Below, piece after piece: positions 9,256-16,029 of a DNA stretch of 32,000 nt. Made by a program: the position numbers and the translations under genes. Every line of letters begins with the position of its first letter. Position 1 is the stretch's first letter. The notes beneath the pieces were generated by a model. It made no database searches and had not been told where the DNA came from. It saw only the letters and a list, made by a program, of their open reading frames with translations. The stretch comes from Candidatus Iainarchaeum sp. (lineage in GTDB: Archaea > Iainarchaeota > Iainarchaeia > Iainarchaeales > JAZDEL01), in the NCBI GenBank assembly GCA_043808785.1, contig JAZDEL010000002.1:120001-152000 (forward strand). The letters are read 5' to 3'.

Positions 9256-9302
9256 GCGCCGGCGCCGGGGCAATGCAAAGTTAGTTAAAATATACGAATG
9301 AG
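9225..9302 (+). repeat. tandem duplication of the last 32 nt of rps27e (period 46 nt)
   Basis: Copy 1 (9225-9256) is CAATGCGAAGTTGGTTAAAATATACGAATGAG and copy 2 (9271-9302) is CAATGCAAAGTTAGTTAAAATATACGAATGAG. They are separated by the GC-rich spacer CGCCGGCGCCGGGG. Both differences are synonymous in the S27e reading (GCG/GCA Ala, TTG/TTA Leu). Confidence 0.9.
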
Positions 9303-9368
9303 AATTCAGTTGTGCGCCGCACTGCGGAAACGCCGCGGCACGTTGTTTTTCAGGGATTGGTGGGCAGA

Positions 9369-10142
9369 ATGACCGAACTTCCGGAACCGGGCGACGTTGT
9401 CGTCTGCAAGATAATAAAGGTGCTCGATTACGGCGTATTCGTGGAAATGCCCGAGTACGAGGGAATACAGGGCTTTGTGCACATCTCCCAGGTAAGCAGC
9501 AGCTGGGTAAAGAACATCCGCAACTTCGTCAAGGAGGGGCAGATGCGCGCGGCAAAGGTAGTGCACATAGACAGGGGCAAGGGGCAGATAGACCTCTCTT
9601 TCAACAAGGTGACGCCGCGCTTGCAGCGCACGAAAATAAACGACTGGAAGCAGTTCAAGAGGAGCCAGAAGCTTATCGAGGTGCTTGCAAAGGAAAAGAA
9701 CATCGACGCGGAAACCGCGTGGTCGGAAATTGCGGAACCTTTGCTTGAAAATTACGAAAGCCTTGTCGAGGCATTCCAGCAAATCCTTGTGCAGGGCGAA
9801 CCCGCGGCAAAGGGCGTGCCGCAAAAATGGGTAAAGCCGCTGATTGAAATGGTGAAGAAGAACATAGAGGTTCCGCAGAAAACCATAAAGGGCACGCTCG
9901 CGGTCTCCAGCATGGAACCTGACGGGGTCGAACTCATAAAAAACGCGCTCATTTCCGGCAAAGGCCTTGCAAAGGGCGCGGAAGTGCAGATACTTTACAC
10001 GGGCTCGGGAAAATACGTGCTCACCTCGACCTCCCACGATTATGTGACCGCCGAACGCGCGGTGAAAATGCTTGTCGATTCCGTAACCGCGTCCATGAAG
10101 GGCAAAGGGGATGTCGAGTTCGGGAAGAAGGAGGCGTCATAA
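9369..10142 (+). CDS. eif2a: translation initiation factor aIF2 alpha subunit
   Basis: ATG at 9369 (MTELPEPGDVVVCKIIKVLDYGVFVEMPEYEGIQGFVHISQV), giving an S1 domain followed by the aIF2-alpha helical and C-terminal domains. 257 aa. Confidence 0.9.
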   Translation: MTELPEPGDVVVCKIIKVLDYGVFVEMPEYEGIQGFVHISQVSSSWVKNIRNFVKEGQMRAAKVVHIDRGKGQIDLSFNKVTPRLQRTKINDWKQFKRSQKLIEVLAKEKNIDAETAWSEIAEPLLENYESLVEAFQQILVQGEPAAKGVPQKWVKPLIEMVKKNIEVPQKTIKGTLAVSSMEPDGVELIKNALISGKGLAKGAEVQILYTGSGKYVLTSTSHDYVTAERAVKMLVDSVTASMKGKGDVEFGKKEAS

Positions 10143-10915
10143 TGGCAACGCAGGTCAAGTTTTTCAAGGAAATGAAATTCGACAACGCAACCCTTTTCAC
10201 CGGACTGCCGGGCATCGGCCTTGTGGGCAAAATCTGCGTGGATTACATGCTTAAGCAGTTCAAGGCGCAGAAGGTTGCTGAAATTACCTCCGATTCTTTC
10301 CCGCCGAGCGTGCACACGGTGAAGGGCGTAATCGAACTCATAAAGGACGACCTTTATTATTTCCCCTACAAGGACAGGGATTATTTGTTCCTTGCGGGCC
10401 CTGTGCAGCCCTCGCTTGACGTTCGCGTCGGCGGGGTGCACGAACACTACGAGTTTGCGCAGGCAATCGTGAACAAGCTTGCCGACTGCGGGGTTAAGGA
10501 AATTGTTACGCTTGCGGGAATAAACATCGGGGAGAAGCGCATGGTTTCCGAGCCAAAGGTTGTCGCTGCCGGAACCAGAAAGGAAATAATCGCCGACTGG
10601 AGGAAGATAGGCGCAATAGAGGACAGGCCCGAGGGCCTGATAAGCGGCGCGGCAGGCCTGCTGCTGGGGCTTGCAAAGGAGCGCGGACTGCAGGGCGTGT
10701 GCCTGATGGGCCAGACAAACGCGCGCCTTGTTTACGGGGACCACGGCGCTGCAAAGGAAGTGCTGAAACTCATAGTTAAAAAATACAAATTCAGGCTGAA
10801 CATGGACAGCATAGAGAACGAGGCAAAGCAGATTGAGATTGCGTTCACAAAGCTCGCGAAGCAGTTCGAGGAAAGGGACGAAAAGCCGCCCTCGGATTTG
10901 AGCTATGTGCGCTAG
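10142..10915 (+). CDS. PAC2-family proteasome assembly chaperone (PbaA/PbaB-like)
   Basis: Has the GLPGIGLVGKI N-terminal motif and the overall PAC2 pattern. The start overlaps the aIF2-alpha stop (TAATG), which indicates an operon. Confidence 0.75.
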   Translation: MATQVKFFKEMKFDNATLFTGLPGIGLVGKICVDYMLKQFKAQKVAEITSDSFPPSVHTVKGVIELIKDDLYYFPYKDRDYLFLAGPVQPSLDVRVGGVHEHYEFAQAIVNKLADCGVKEIVTLAGINIGEKRMVSEPKVVAAGTRKEIIADWRKIGAIEDRPEGLISGAAGLLLGLAKERGLQGVCLMGQTNARLVYGDHGAAKEVLKLIVKKYKFRLNMDSIENEAKQIEIAFTKLAKQFEERDEKPPSDLSYVR

Positions 10916-10937
10916 CGGCTAGTTAACTTATATTGGG

Positions 10938-11285
10938 GTGGTTATCTTGGCATGGGGCACTAATATACGGAACGTAAGTGATAGTTGCAGAAGTCACCCG
11001 CACCATTTCGAACTTATGAAGTGGACTTGCGTATCTGGCGCTTTTGTTTGCGAAATAGCCGTTGTCGAAGATTGTCATTATGTCCCTGAATGGAACGAAG
11101 AAGCGCCGCACCTTAATGTACGGGTAAATGTCGACCACTTAGCCGACGGAACTAGGATTCCGAAACAAAAGTGGTGGCCATTGCCGTCTACTCTGACTCA
11201 AAAACACTACCGCGAAAATGAACTGCAGAGAATTGTTGCTGAGTTGTTTAATAATGGTGAATTCAAAAAATTCTGCATAAATTGA
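10938..11285 (+). CDS. hypothetical small protein (Cys/Trp-rich), first gene of AT-rich islet
   Basis: ORF bounded upstream by TAG at 10920-10922. Start is GTG 10938 or, perhaps more likely, ATG 11016 (MKWTCVSGAFVCEIAVVEDCHYVPEW...). Codon usage is visibly A/T-ending, unlike the flanking genes. I recognise no domain. Confidence 0.45.
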   Translation: MVILAWGTNIRNVSDSCRSHPHHFELMKWTCVSGAFVCEIAVVEDCHYVPEWNEEAPHLNVRVNVDHLADGTRIPKQKWWPLPSTLTQKHYRENELQRIVAELFNNGEFKKFCIN

Positions 11286-11403
11286 TTTCCGCCTGCATGT
11301 TGCTTCTTCTTTATATTAATATATACTATATTGCGACCCTGCTTTTCCAGAAAATTTATAAAGAACTTCGCCGTAGTATTTGGTTATCAAGTCCCCAGTA
11401 TGG

Positions 11404-11423
11404 CCCCGCGAGCAATCGCGGGG
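11404..11423 (+). promoter_or_regulatory. 8-bp stem / GCAA (GNRA) tetraloop hairpin in the putative leader of the NYN gene
   Basis: Sequence is CCCCGCGA-GCAA-TCGCGGGG. It lies downstream of TATA-like runs (TTTATATTAATATATAC at about 11309-11325; TTTATAAA at about 11354-11361) and 21 nt before the GTG at 11445. An 8-codon mini-ORF (ATG 11400 to TAA 11426) spans the hairpin. Confidence 0.4.
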
Positions 11424-11444
11424 TAATGCTGGGAAAATCTAATT

Positions 11445-12104
11445 GTGATTTTTGTGGCCGACAAGGCAATAGGCTTTATTGACGGCAATAACTTTTACCA
11501 CAATGCAAAACGCAACAACCTTGCATATGATAAAGCCGATTTTTCAAGGATAATAAAATTCGCCTGCAAGCGGGAAGGCTGGGAATATGGCGGGTTCTAT
11601 TACTATAATTCCGCCCCGAGAATAGACGATAACAAAGAGGCATATTACAAGCAAATGGCATATTTTGACAGGGTCAGAAAAATGGAAGGAAATCTGGGGG
11701 TAATCACCAGGAAACTCAGGTACAGTTCTGCCAATGAATTGCTTGAAAAATATCGCCGGCGCCAGGAAGTATTAAATGCATTAAACCTGTGCGGCAATTG
11801 CAGGCCGAAAGTGGAGCCCGCCTGCTTCAACTGCGTTATGGAAAAGAGCAGGCGGGAAAAAGGCATAGATGTCGCAATCGCGATAGATATTATACAGAAG
11901 GCATTGCTTGGGGAGTATGCTGTTTGCATCCTGTTCTCGGGAGATGCCGATTTTGTCCCCGCCCTCCAATTGATTCAAAAGCACAAGAAGAAAGCATTCA
12001 GTTTATTTATGCACTGTAAAGGCTATTCCTGGGAATTGCGGCAAAACACAAATTACTTCGCCATAATGAAAGATGAATTCAGCCAGTTTTTGCTTTCCCC
12101 GTAA
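11445..12104 (+). CDS. NYN (LabA/DUF88-like, PIN-fold) domain protein with Zn-ribbon insert, predicted RNase
   Basis: Shows IGFIDGNNFY (first Asp), EKGIDVAIAIDI and LFSGDADFVPAL, the NYN/LabA acidic motifs. A CGNC...CFNC insert sits between them. The gene is AT-rich; sampled 60-nt blocks were 33-40% GC against about 55% in the upstream flank. It uses a GTG start. Confidence 0.75.
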   Translation: MIFVADKAIGFIDGNNFYHNAKRNNLAYDKADFSRIIKFACKREGWEYGGFYYYNSAPRIDDNKEAYYKQMAYFDRVRKMEGNLGVITRKLRYSSANELLEKYRRRQEVLNALNLCGNCRPKVEPACFNCVMEKSRREKGIDVAIAIDIIQKALLGEYAVCILFSGDADFVPALQLIQKHKKKAFSLFMHCKGYSWELRQNTNYFAIMKDEFSQFLLSP

Positions 12105-12120
12105 CGCACGGCCCCCCGCA

Positions 12121-13407
12121 TCAAAAATCCCCAAGCGTCCTCTGCCCCCTCGCGGGATTTTTTTTCTTAAGCCCCTGCTCGGCCTCTTTCCTGCGCCTTT
12201 CCAAATCCCCGGGCGAATCGCCTATAACCGGCGTGCCGTATTTCCCCCCGCCCCCAGGGATGTAAAAAACCCACCCTTTACGGAACGCGTTTATTTTTTT
12301 TGCGGCATCCGCATTCACTTCCGCAAGCTCCTCCACCGGCGCATCTATAAGCGCGCTTATTTCGTTCCCGAACCTTTCCACAAAATCCTTCCACAGGCCC
12401 TGGACCTTCGCGGTGTTGACGCCCTCCACATGCAGCGCAATCTGGATTATTTCGGCGAGCGGAATGGTGTGCATATAGGGCGGCCTGAATTCAGGGTGTT
12501 CCGCCTTTCCGTTCCCGAACCTTTCCGAAAGCTCCGCAATAAGGTCGTGCGCCCCCTTCTTTATCGCCCCCCCGCACGCAAGGCATTTCCAGTTCAGTTC
12601 CGCGGCGCGCTTTGCGGAATACTGCGCAAAGCAGGCGTTGCACGCCGTCATGTGGTACTTGCCCTCGCAGGGGTCAAGGCCGACGTTCAGGGTTATGCGC
12701 TTCTCCTCCCGCTCCTTAAGCGCATCCGCAAGTTCGGCAAAGCACGGCTCCTTCATCCTTATTCTGTTGAACTCCCTCCCTATCCTGTAAGGCCACGGGG
12801 AATGCGAATCCGAATTCGTGCAGAACGCGTAATTCCTGTTGTCCGGAATCATGTCCGCAATGTCCGTATCCGCGCTCAGGCCGAGTTCCATGAAATATAT
12901 TTTTTTTGCGAGGGAGCCATAGCACTTTTCAACGCTCTCATGGTGCGAGTAAATCGAGAAATAAGGCGTGAACGCGTGCGCAGGCCCGCAGATGCCGCCC
13001 ACTTCGTCAACCGCGGCGGCAATCTCCTCCCCGTTCAGGCGCACGCGCGGCCTGCCGCAGCCCCACGAATCGAAGTTCGCCTTCCCCCTCCACTTCTCCT
13101 TCAAATTTGCGGCGCTGGCAAAATCGGGGAAGTAGAGCAAATGATGGACGCGCGCGCGGTCCTCTATCTCCGTGCCGGGGATGAAATTAATTTCCCCGCT
13201 TTTCTTGTCCGCGAAAATTCCGTTGCCCTGCTCGGTTATGCTTTCTTTCACATGCTCCAGCCATTTCGCGTGCAAAATGTCCGCGGTGCTGATGACGTGC
13301 AGGCCCTTGAGGCGCGCCTGCTCCGCGATAACGGGGATAAGCATGTTCTTGCTTACGCCGCCCGAGTAAGGCCCATGGAAGTGCAAATCGCAGTTGTACT
13401 CGCGCAT
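12121..13407 (-). CDS. endoQ: PHP-domain endonuclease with Zn finger, EndoQ-like (COG1379 family)
   Basis: ATG at 13407 preceded by GGAGG (MREYNCDLHFHGPYSGGVSKNM...). It has PHP-type His/Asp motifs (TNSDSHSP), an internal Cys4 finger (CNAC...CLACGG), and 428 aa, close to the characterised Pyrococcus EndoQ. The 49 extra N-terminal codons in the ORF track are leader sequence. Confidence 0.7.
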   Translation of the reverse strand: MREYNCDLHFHGPYSGGVSKNMLIPVIAEQARLKGLHVISTADILHAKWLEHVKESITEQGNGIFADKKSGEINFIPGTEIEDRARVHHLLYFPDFASAANLKEKWRGKANFDSWGCGRPRVRLNGEEIAAAVDEVGGICGPAHAFTPYFSIYSHHESVEKCYGSLAKKIYFMELGLSADTDIADMIPDNRNYAFCTNSDSHSPWPYRIGREFNRIRMKEPCFAELADALKEREEKRITLNVGLDPCEGKYHMTACNACFAQYSAKRAAELNWKCLACGGAIKKGAHDLIAELSERFGNGKAEHPEFRPPYMHTIPLAEIIQIALHVEGVNTAKVQGLWKDFVERFGNEISALIDAPVEELAEVNADAAKKINAFRKGWVFYIPGGGGKYGTPVIGDSPGDLERRRKEAEQGLKKKNPARGQRTLGDF

Positions 13408-13526
13408 TAGGGCGCCTCCAACCCGTGCTTTTGTTTTTGCGAAGCAAAAACCTTCTTTTCGCCAGCCTTTTGGAAGCGGGGTTGCGTACAACCCCGCGCT
13501 CCGAAAAGGCTGTTGTATTCGCGCAT
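13407..13526 (-). CDS. putative 39-codon upstream/leader ORF of endoQ (MREYNSLFGARGCTQPRFQKAGEKKVFASQKQKHGLEAP)
   Basis: The ATG at 13526 is preceded by GGGGGCGGAG. Its first five codons (MREYN) are a diverged copy of the endoQ start. Its TAA stop overlaps the endoQ ATG (TAATG). It is too short for the 60-aa ORF track, and whether it is translated is unproven. Confidence 0.35.
   Translation of the reverse strand: MREYNSLFGARGCTQPRFQKAGEKKVFASQKQKHGLEAP
13433..13511 (-). promoter_or_regulatory. two adjacent stem-loops inside the endoQ leader
   Basis: Hairpin 1 (13433-13451) is GTTTTTGC-GAA-GCAAAAAC. Hairpin 2 (13464-13511) has a 9-bp inner stem GCGGGGTTG-CGTA-CAACCCCGC extended by an outer stem of about 10 bp (AGCCTTTTGG / CCGAAAAGGCT) with one bulge and an internal loop. 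Confidence 0.6.
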
Positions 13527-13602
13527 TCAGGCTCCGCCCCCGGGCATATCGCACATGAGCATATCTATTATATATTAAGAAATCTAATTATATGGGTTGC
13601 AT

Positions 13603-14724
13603 ATGTACGCGCAGCAGGAGCAAACGGAACAAAAACAAAAAACCCGCGGCGCGGGTTTTGCGGGGTTCGGGGCGCAGGGGGAAAACCAAAAAACGCCCGC
13701 GCAGGGTTTGCTTGAGGCGCGCTTCTTTGAAAAACAAAAAAACAAGTCAGTGGCTTGCCGTGCATGCAACCGCAACTGCAAAATCGCGGAGGGCGCCGCC
13801 GGATTTTGCAGGGTTCGCAAGAACGTTGGCGGAACCCTGCGCTCGCTTGTGTACGGCAAAACCCTGACCCTCACAATCGACCCCATAGAAAAAAAGCCGC
13901 TGTTCAATTTCCGCCCCGCAACGCAGTGCGTGGGGGTGAGCACGTTCGGGTGCAACTTCGCCTGCCTGCACTGCCAGAACTGGCACATCTCGCAGGACTG
14001 GACAGCGGAAGCGCTTGGGGGCGTTCCCTTCACAAGCCCGGAGGAAATTGTGGCGCGCACCCTCGGGAACGGCGTGGAGGGCATTGCATACACATACAAC
14101 GAACCCACGGTTTTCGCCGAGTATGCGCTGGACACGATGAAAATTGCGCGCGAAAGCGGCCTGTATAACGTGTGGGTAAGCAACGGCTATATGTCGCGGG
14201 AGGTTGCGGATGCAATTGCCCCCTTCCTTGATGCGATAAACATAGACCTGAAAGGCGATGCGCGGTTTTACAGGGAGGTTTGCGGCGCGGCGGAAATTAA
14301 GCATGTGCGCGAGAACATAAAACTATTCCACAAAAACAAGGTTCATGTGGAAGTTACGAACCTGATTGTGCCAGGTTACAACGACAAGGATGCGCAGCTG
14401 CGCGAAGTTGCGGATTTTGTTTTTTCAGTTTCCCCCGAAATGCCCCTGCACCTTTCCGCATTTTGCCCGCAGTGGAAACTGGATTACGTTCCCGCCACTC
14501 CCGCCGCAACAATCGCACGCGCTAAGGAAATCGCCGAAAAGGCGGGGCTGAAGTATGTTTATGTCGGGAACCTGCAGGCGGACATAAACACCACGCGCTG
14601 CAAAAAGTGCGGCTCGGCGCTGATACGGAGGCAGGGATATTTCACGGACATGGTGGGGCTGAAGGAAGGCGGAAAAGGCAATAAATGCGCGAAGTGCGGG
14701 GTGGAAAACAACATAATTGTGTGA
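13603..14724 (+). CDS. amrS: AmmeMemoRadiSam system radical SAM enzyme
   Basis: Contains the radical SAM CNFACLHCQNW (CxxxCxxC), an N-terminal Cys cluster (CRACNRNCKIAEGAAGFCRVR), and a C-terminal Zn ribbon (CKKCG...CAKCG). The start is uncertain. ATG 13603 sits about 30 nt after the TTATATATTAAG box (leaderless) but adds a roughly 35-aa Q/E/K/G-rich extension. TTG 13708 would give the more typical length of about 338 aa. Confidence 0.8.
   Translation: MYAQQEQTEQKQKTRGAGFAGFGAQGENQKTPAQGLLEARFFEKQKNKSVACRACNRNCKIAEGAAGFCRVRKNVGGTLRSLVYGKTLTLTIDPIEKKPLFNFRPATQCVGVSTFGCNFACLHCQNWHISQDWTAEALGGVPFTSPEEIVARTLGNGVEGIAYTYNEPTVFAEYALDTMKIARESGLYNVWVSNGYMSREVADAIAPFLDAINIDLKGDARFYREVCGAAEIKHVRENIKLFHKNKVHVEVTNLIVPGYNDKDAQLREVADFVFSVSPEMPLHLSAFCPQWKLDYVPATPAATIARAKEIAEKAGLKYVYVGNLQADINTTRCKKCGSALIRRQGYFTDMVGLKEGGKGNKCAKCGVENNIIV
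13639..13659. other. 21-nt palindrome AAAACCCGCG-G-CGCGGGTTTT flanked by A/T runs
   Basis: Read directly. On the minus strand the hairpin is followed by TTTTTTGTTTTTGTT, which looks like a terminator. It lies inside the questionable N-terminal extension of amrS. Confidence 0.6.
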
Positions 14725-14768
14725 ACTGGGGCGGCAAAATGAGATGCACTAATTCAGGGGTTTCATAG

Positions 14769-16001
14769 ATGGCGCAGAACAAGCAGGTTCGCAGGTTTTA
14801 CCCTTACAAAATAGCCAGAATTGCGGCGCTCGCATCAAGGGGCGCGGGTGTTGACGAGATTGTTTCCTTCCTGCAGAAGCGCTATTACCCGAAACTGAGC
14901 GGCGAGGAGGTTTACAAAATTTATTTCGGAATGCCGCGGGGGGGTGGAAGGGTTAACATACAAAAACTGTTTATAGGAAAAACTCCTGATGAAATAAAGC
15001 GCAATCTTGAAGACTGGTACCAAAAACGAAAGGCATTTGATGAAAAAATATCTGCAGCCCATAGCGGAAAAATCACACCTCTCGAAACAAGGGAAAAAAT
15101 ATCTGCAGCCCTCCAAGGCAGGCCGCGCTACGACCTCCGCGGCAGGATTTTCACCGATGCGCACCGCGCCAACATCTCCGCCGCCAAAAAGGGCGTGCCT
15201 AACATAAAACTCCGCGGCAGGTCCCTGCTTGAAGAAACAAAAGCAAAAATCTCCGCAGCACATGAGGGCAAAACAATTCCTGAAGAAACAAGAGCCAAAA
15301 TATCAGCCACCTTGGCTGGCAGGCCGCGCTACGACCTCCGCGGCAGAGTTGTTTCTGATGAAACCAGGGCTAAGATTTCTGCCGCTCTTAGGGCGAAGCC
15401 ATCCTTTCTCGGCAAGAAGCATACTGATGAAGCAAAAGCAAAAATGTCCGCTGCCGCAACTGGCAGGACGCATACCGACAAGGCAAAAGCAAAAATCTCC
15501 GCTTCCCGAAAAGGCAAGCCACTTTCCGAGGAACACAAGCGCAAACTCTCTGAGGTCCTGATGGGCAGAGAGGTGCCTTGGTCGGTCGGGAAAACATTCA
15601 CTCCGGAACACAGGGCGAAAATCTCTGCCGGCCTTCGGCGGTATTGGGGGAAAATCAGGGGCACGATTGCTTTGGAACTGGAGGAGGCGGGGCTTGCGCC
15701 CGGTCGGGAGTACAGGGGGGCTGAGATGGCAGAAAGAATCGTTGCGGATAAAGGTCTCGAAAGAGAACTACTTGAAAGGAACAGAAACAGAATAGTGGCA
15801 GAAACATTGGCATCTTTGCCCCCCTTGCAAAGGGCGATTGTCTATTTTAAGTTCGGTTTCGGCGGTGAAGAGTTCAGGATTTCCAAAATCGCGGCCGTGT
15901 TGGGGGTTAATCTCAAAGATGCTAAAACAGAATACAAAAAAGCGCTCAGAACCCTCTCAAAAAACCGCGCGCTGATGGAACTAATCGCGCCCGAGCGCTA
16001 A
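14769..16001 (+). CDS. multi-NUMOD3-repeat DNA-binding protein with C-terminal sigma-70 region-4-like HTH (no nuclease domain seen)
   Basis: About 10 in-frame repeats of the ..E(T/A)(K/R)AKISAA..G(K/R) motif between roughly 15033 and 15656. A 29-nt exact DNA repeat occurs at 15117-15145 and 15318-15346. The C-terminus reads LASLPPLQRAIVYFKFGFGGEEFRISKIAAVLGVNLKDAKTEYKKALRTLSKN. The N-terminus has another HTH-like stretch (IAALASRGAGVDEIVSFL). Confidence 0.7.
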   Translation: MAQNKQVRRFYPYKIARIAALASRGAGVDEIVSFLQKRYYPKLSGEEVYKIYFGMPRGGGRVNIQKLFIGKTPDEIKRNLEDWYQKRKAFDEKISAAHSGKITPLETREKISAALQGRPRYDLRGRIFTDAHRANISAAKKGVPNIKLRGRSLLEETKAKISAAHEGKTIPEETRAKISATLAGRPRYDLRGRVVSDETRAKISAALRAKPSFLGKKHTDEAKAKMSAAATGRTHTDKAKAKISASRKGKPLSEEHKRKLSEVLMGREVPWSVGKTFTPEHRAKISAGLRRYWGKIRGTIALELEEAGLAPGREYRGAEMAERIVADKGLERELLERNRNRIVAETLASLPPLQRAIVYFKFGFGGEEFRISKIAAVLGVNLKDAKTEYKKALRTLSKNRALMELIAPER

Positions 16002-16029
16002 AACTCAAATAGGTTTTGCCCCCCGCGCC

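Noticed and set aside
9225-9302. The S27e 3' repeat as a diversity-generating-retroelement VR/TR pair, since the genic copy has G where the downstream copy has A.
   Set aside because: It is only 32 nt with two differences, both silent. No reverse transcriptase or accessory gene lies anywhere in the window, and the putative variable region would sit in a universally conserved ribosomal protein. Slippage duplication is far more likely.
8957-10142. Expected neighbours rpl44e (before rps27e) and nop10 (after eif2a).
   Set aside because: The spacers are too short. The one before rps27e is about 100 nt and has no ORF, and eif2a overlaps the PAC2 gene. I therefore did not annotate them, and they must lie elsewhere in the genome if present.
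15350-15440. CTGATGA strings (about 15354 and 15424) as hammerhead-ribozyme or C/D-box cores.
   Set aside because: No flanking stem II/GAAA arrangement and no paired D box (CTGA) with terminal stem. Both lie inside the NUMOD3 coding repeats, where they encode S/T-D-E.
15033-15656. Periodic DNA repeats, including a 29-nt exact repeat, as a possible CRISPR-like or satellite array.
   Set aside because: The repeats are in frame within one long ORF and correspond to protein-level NUMOD3 motif iterations of variable length. There is no repeat-spacer regularity and no leader or cas genes.
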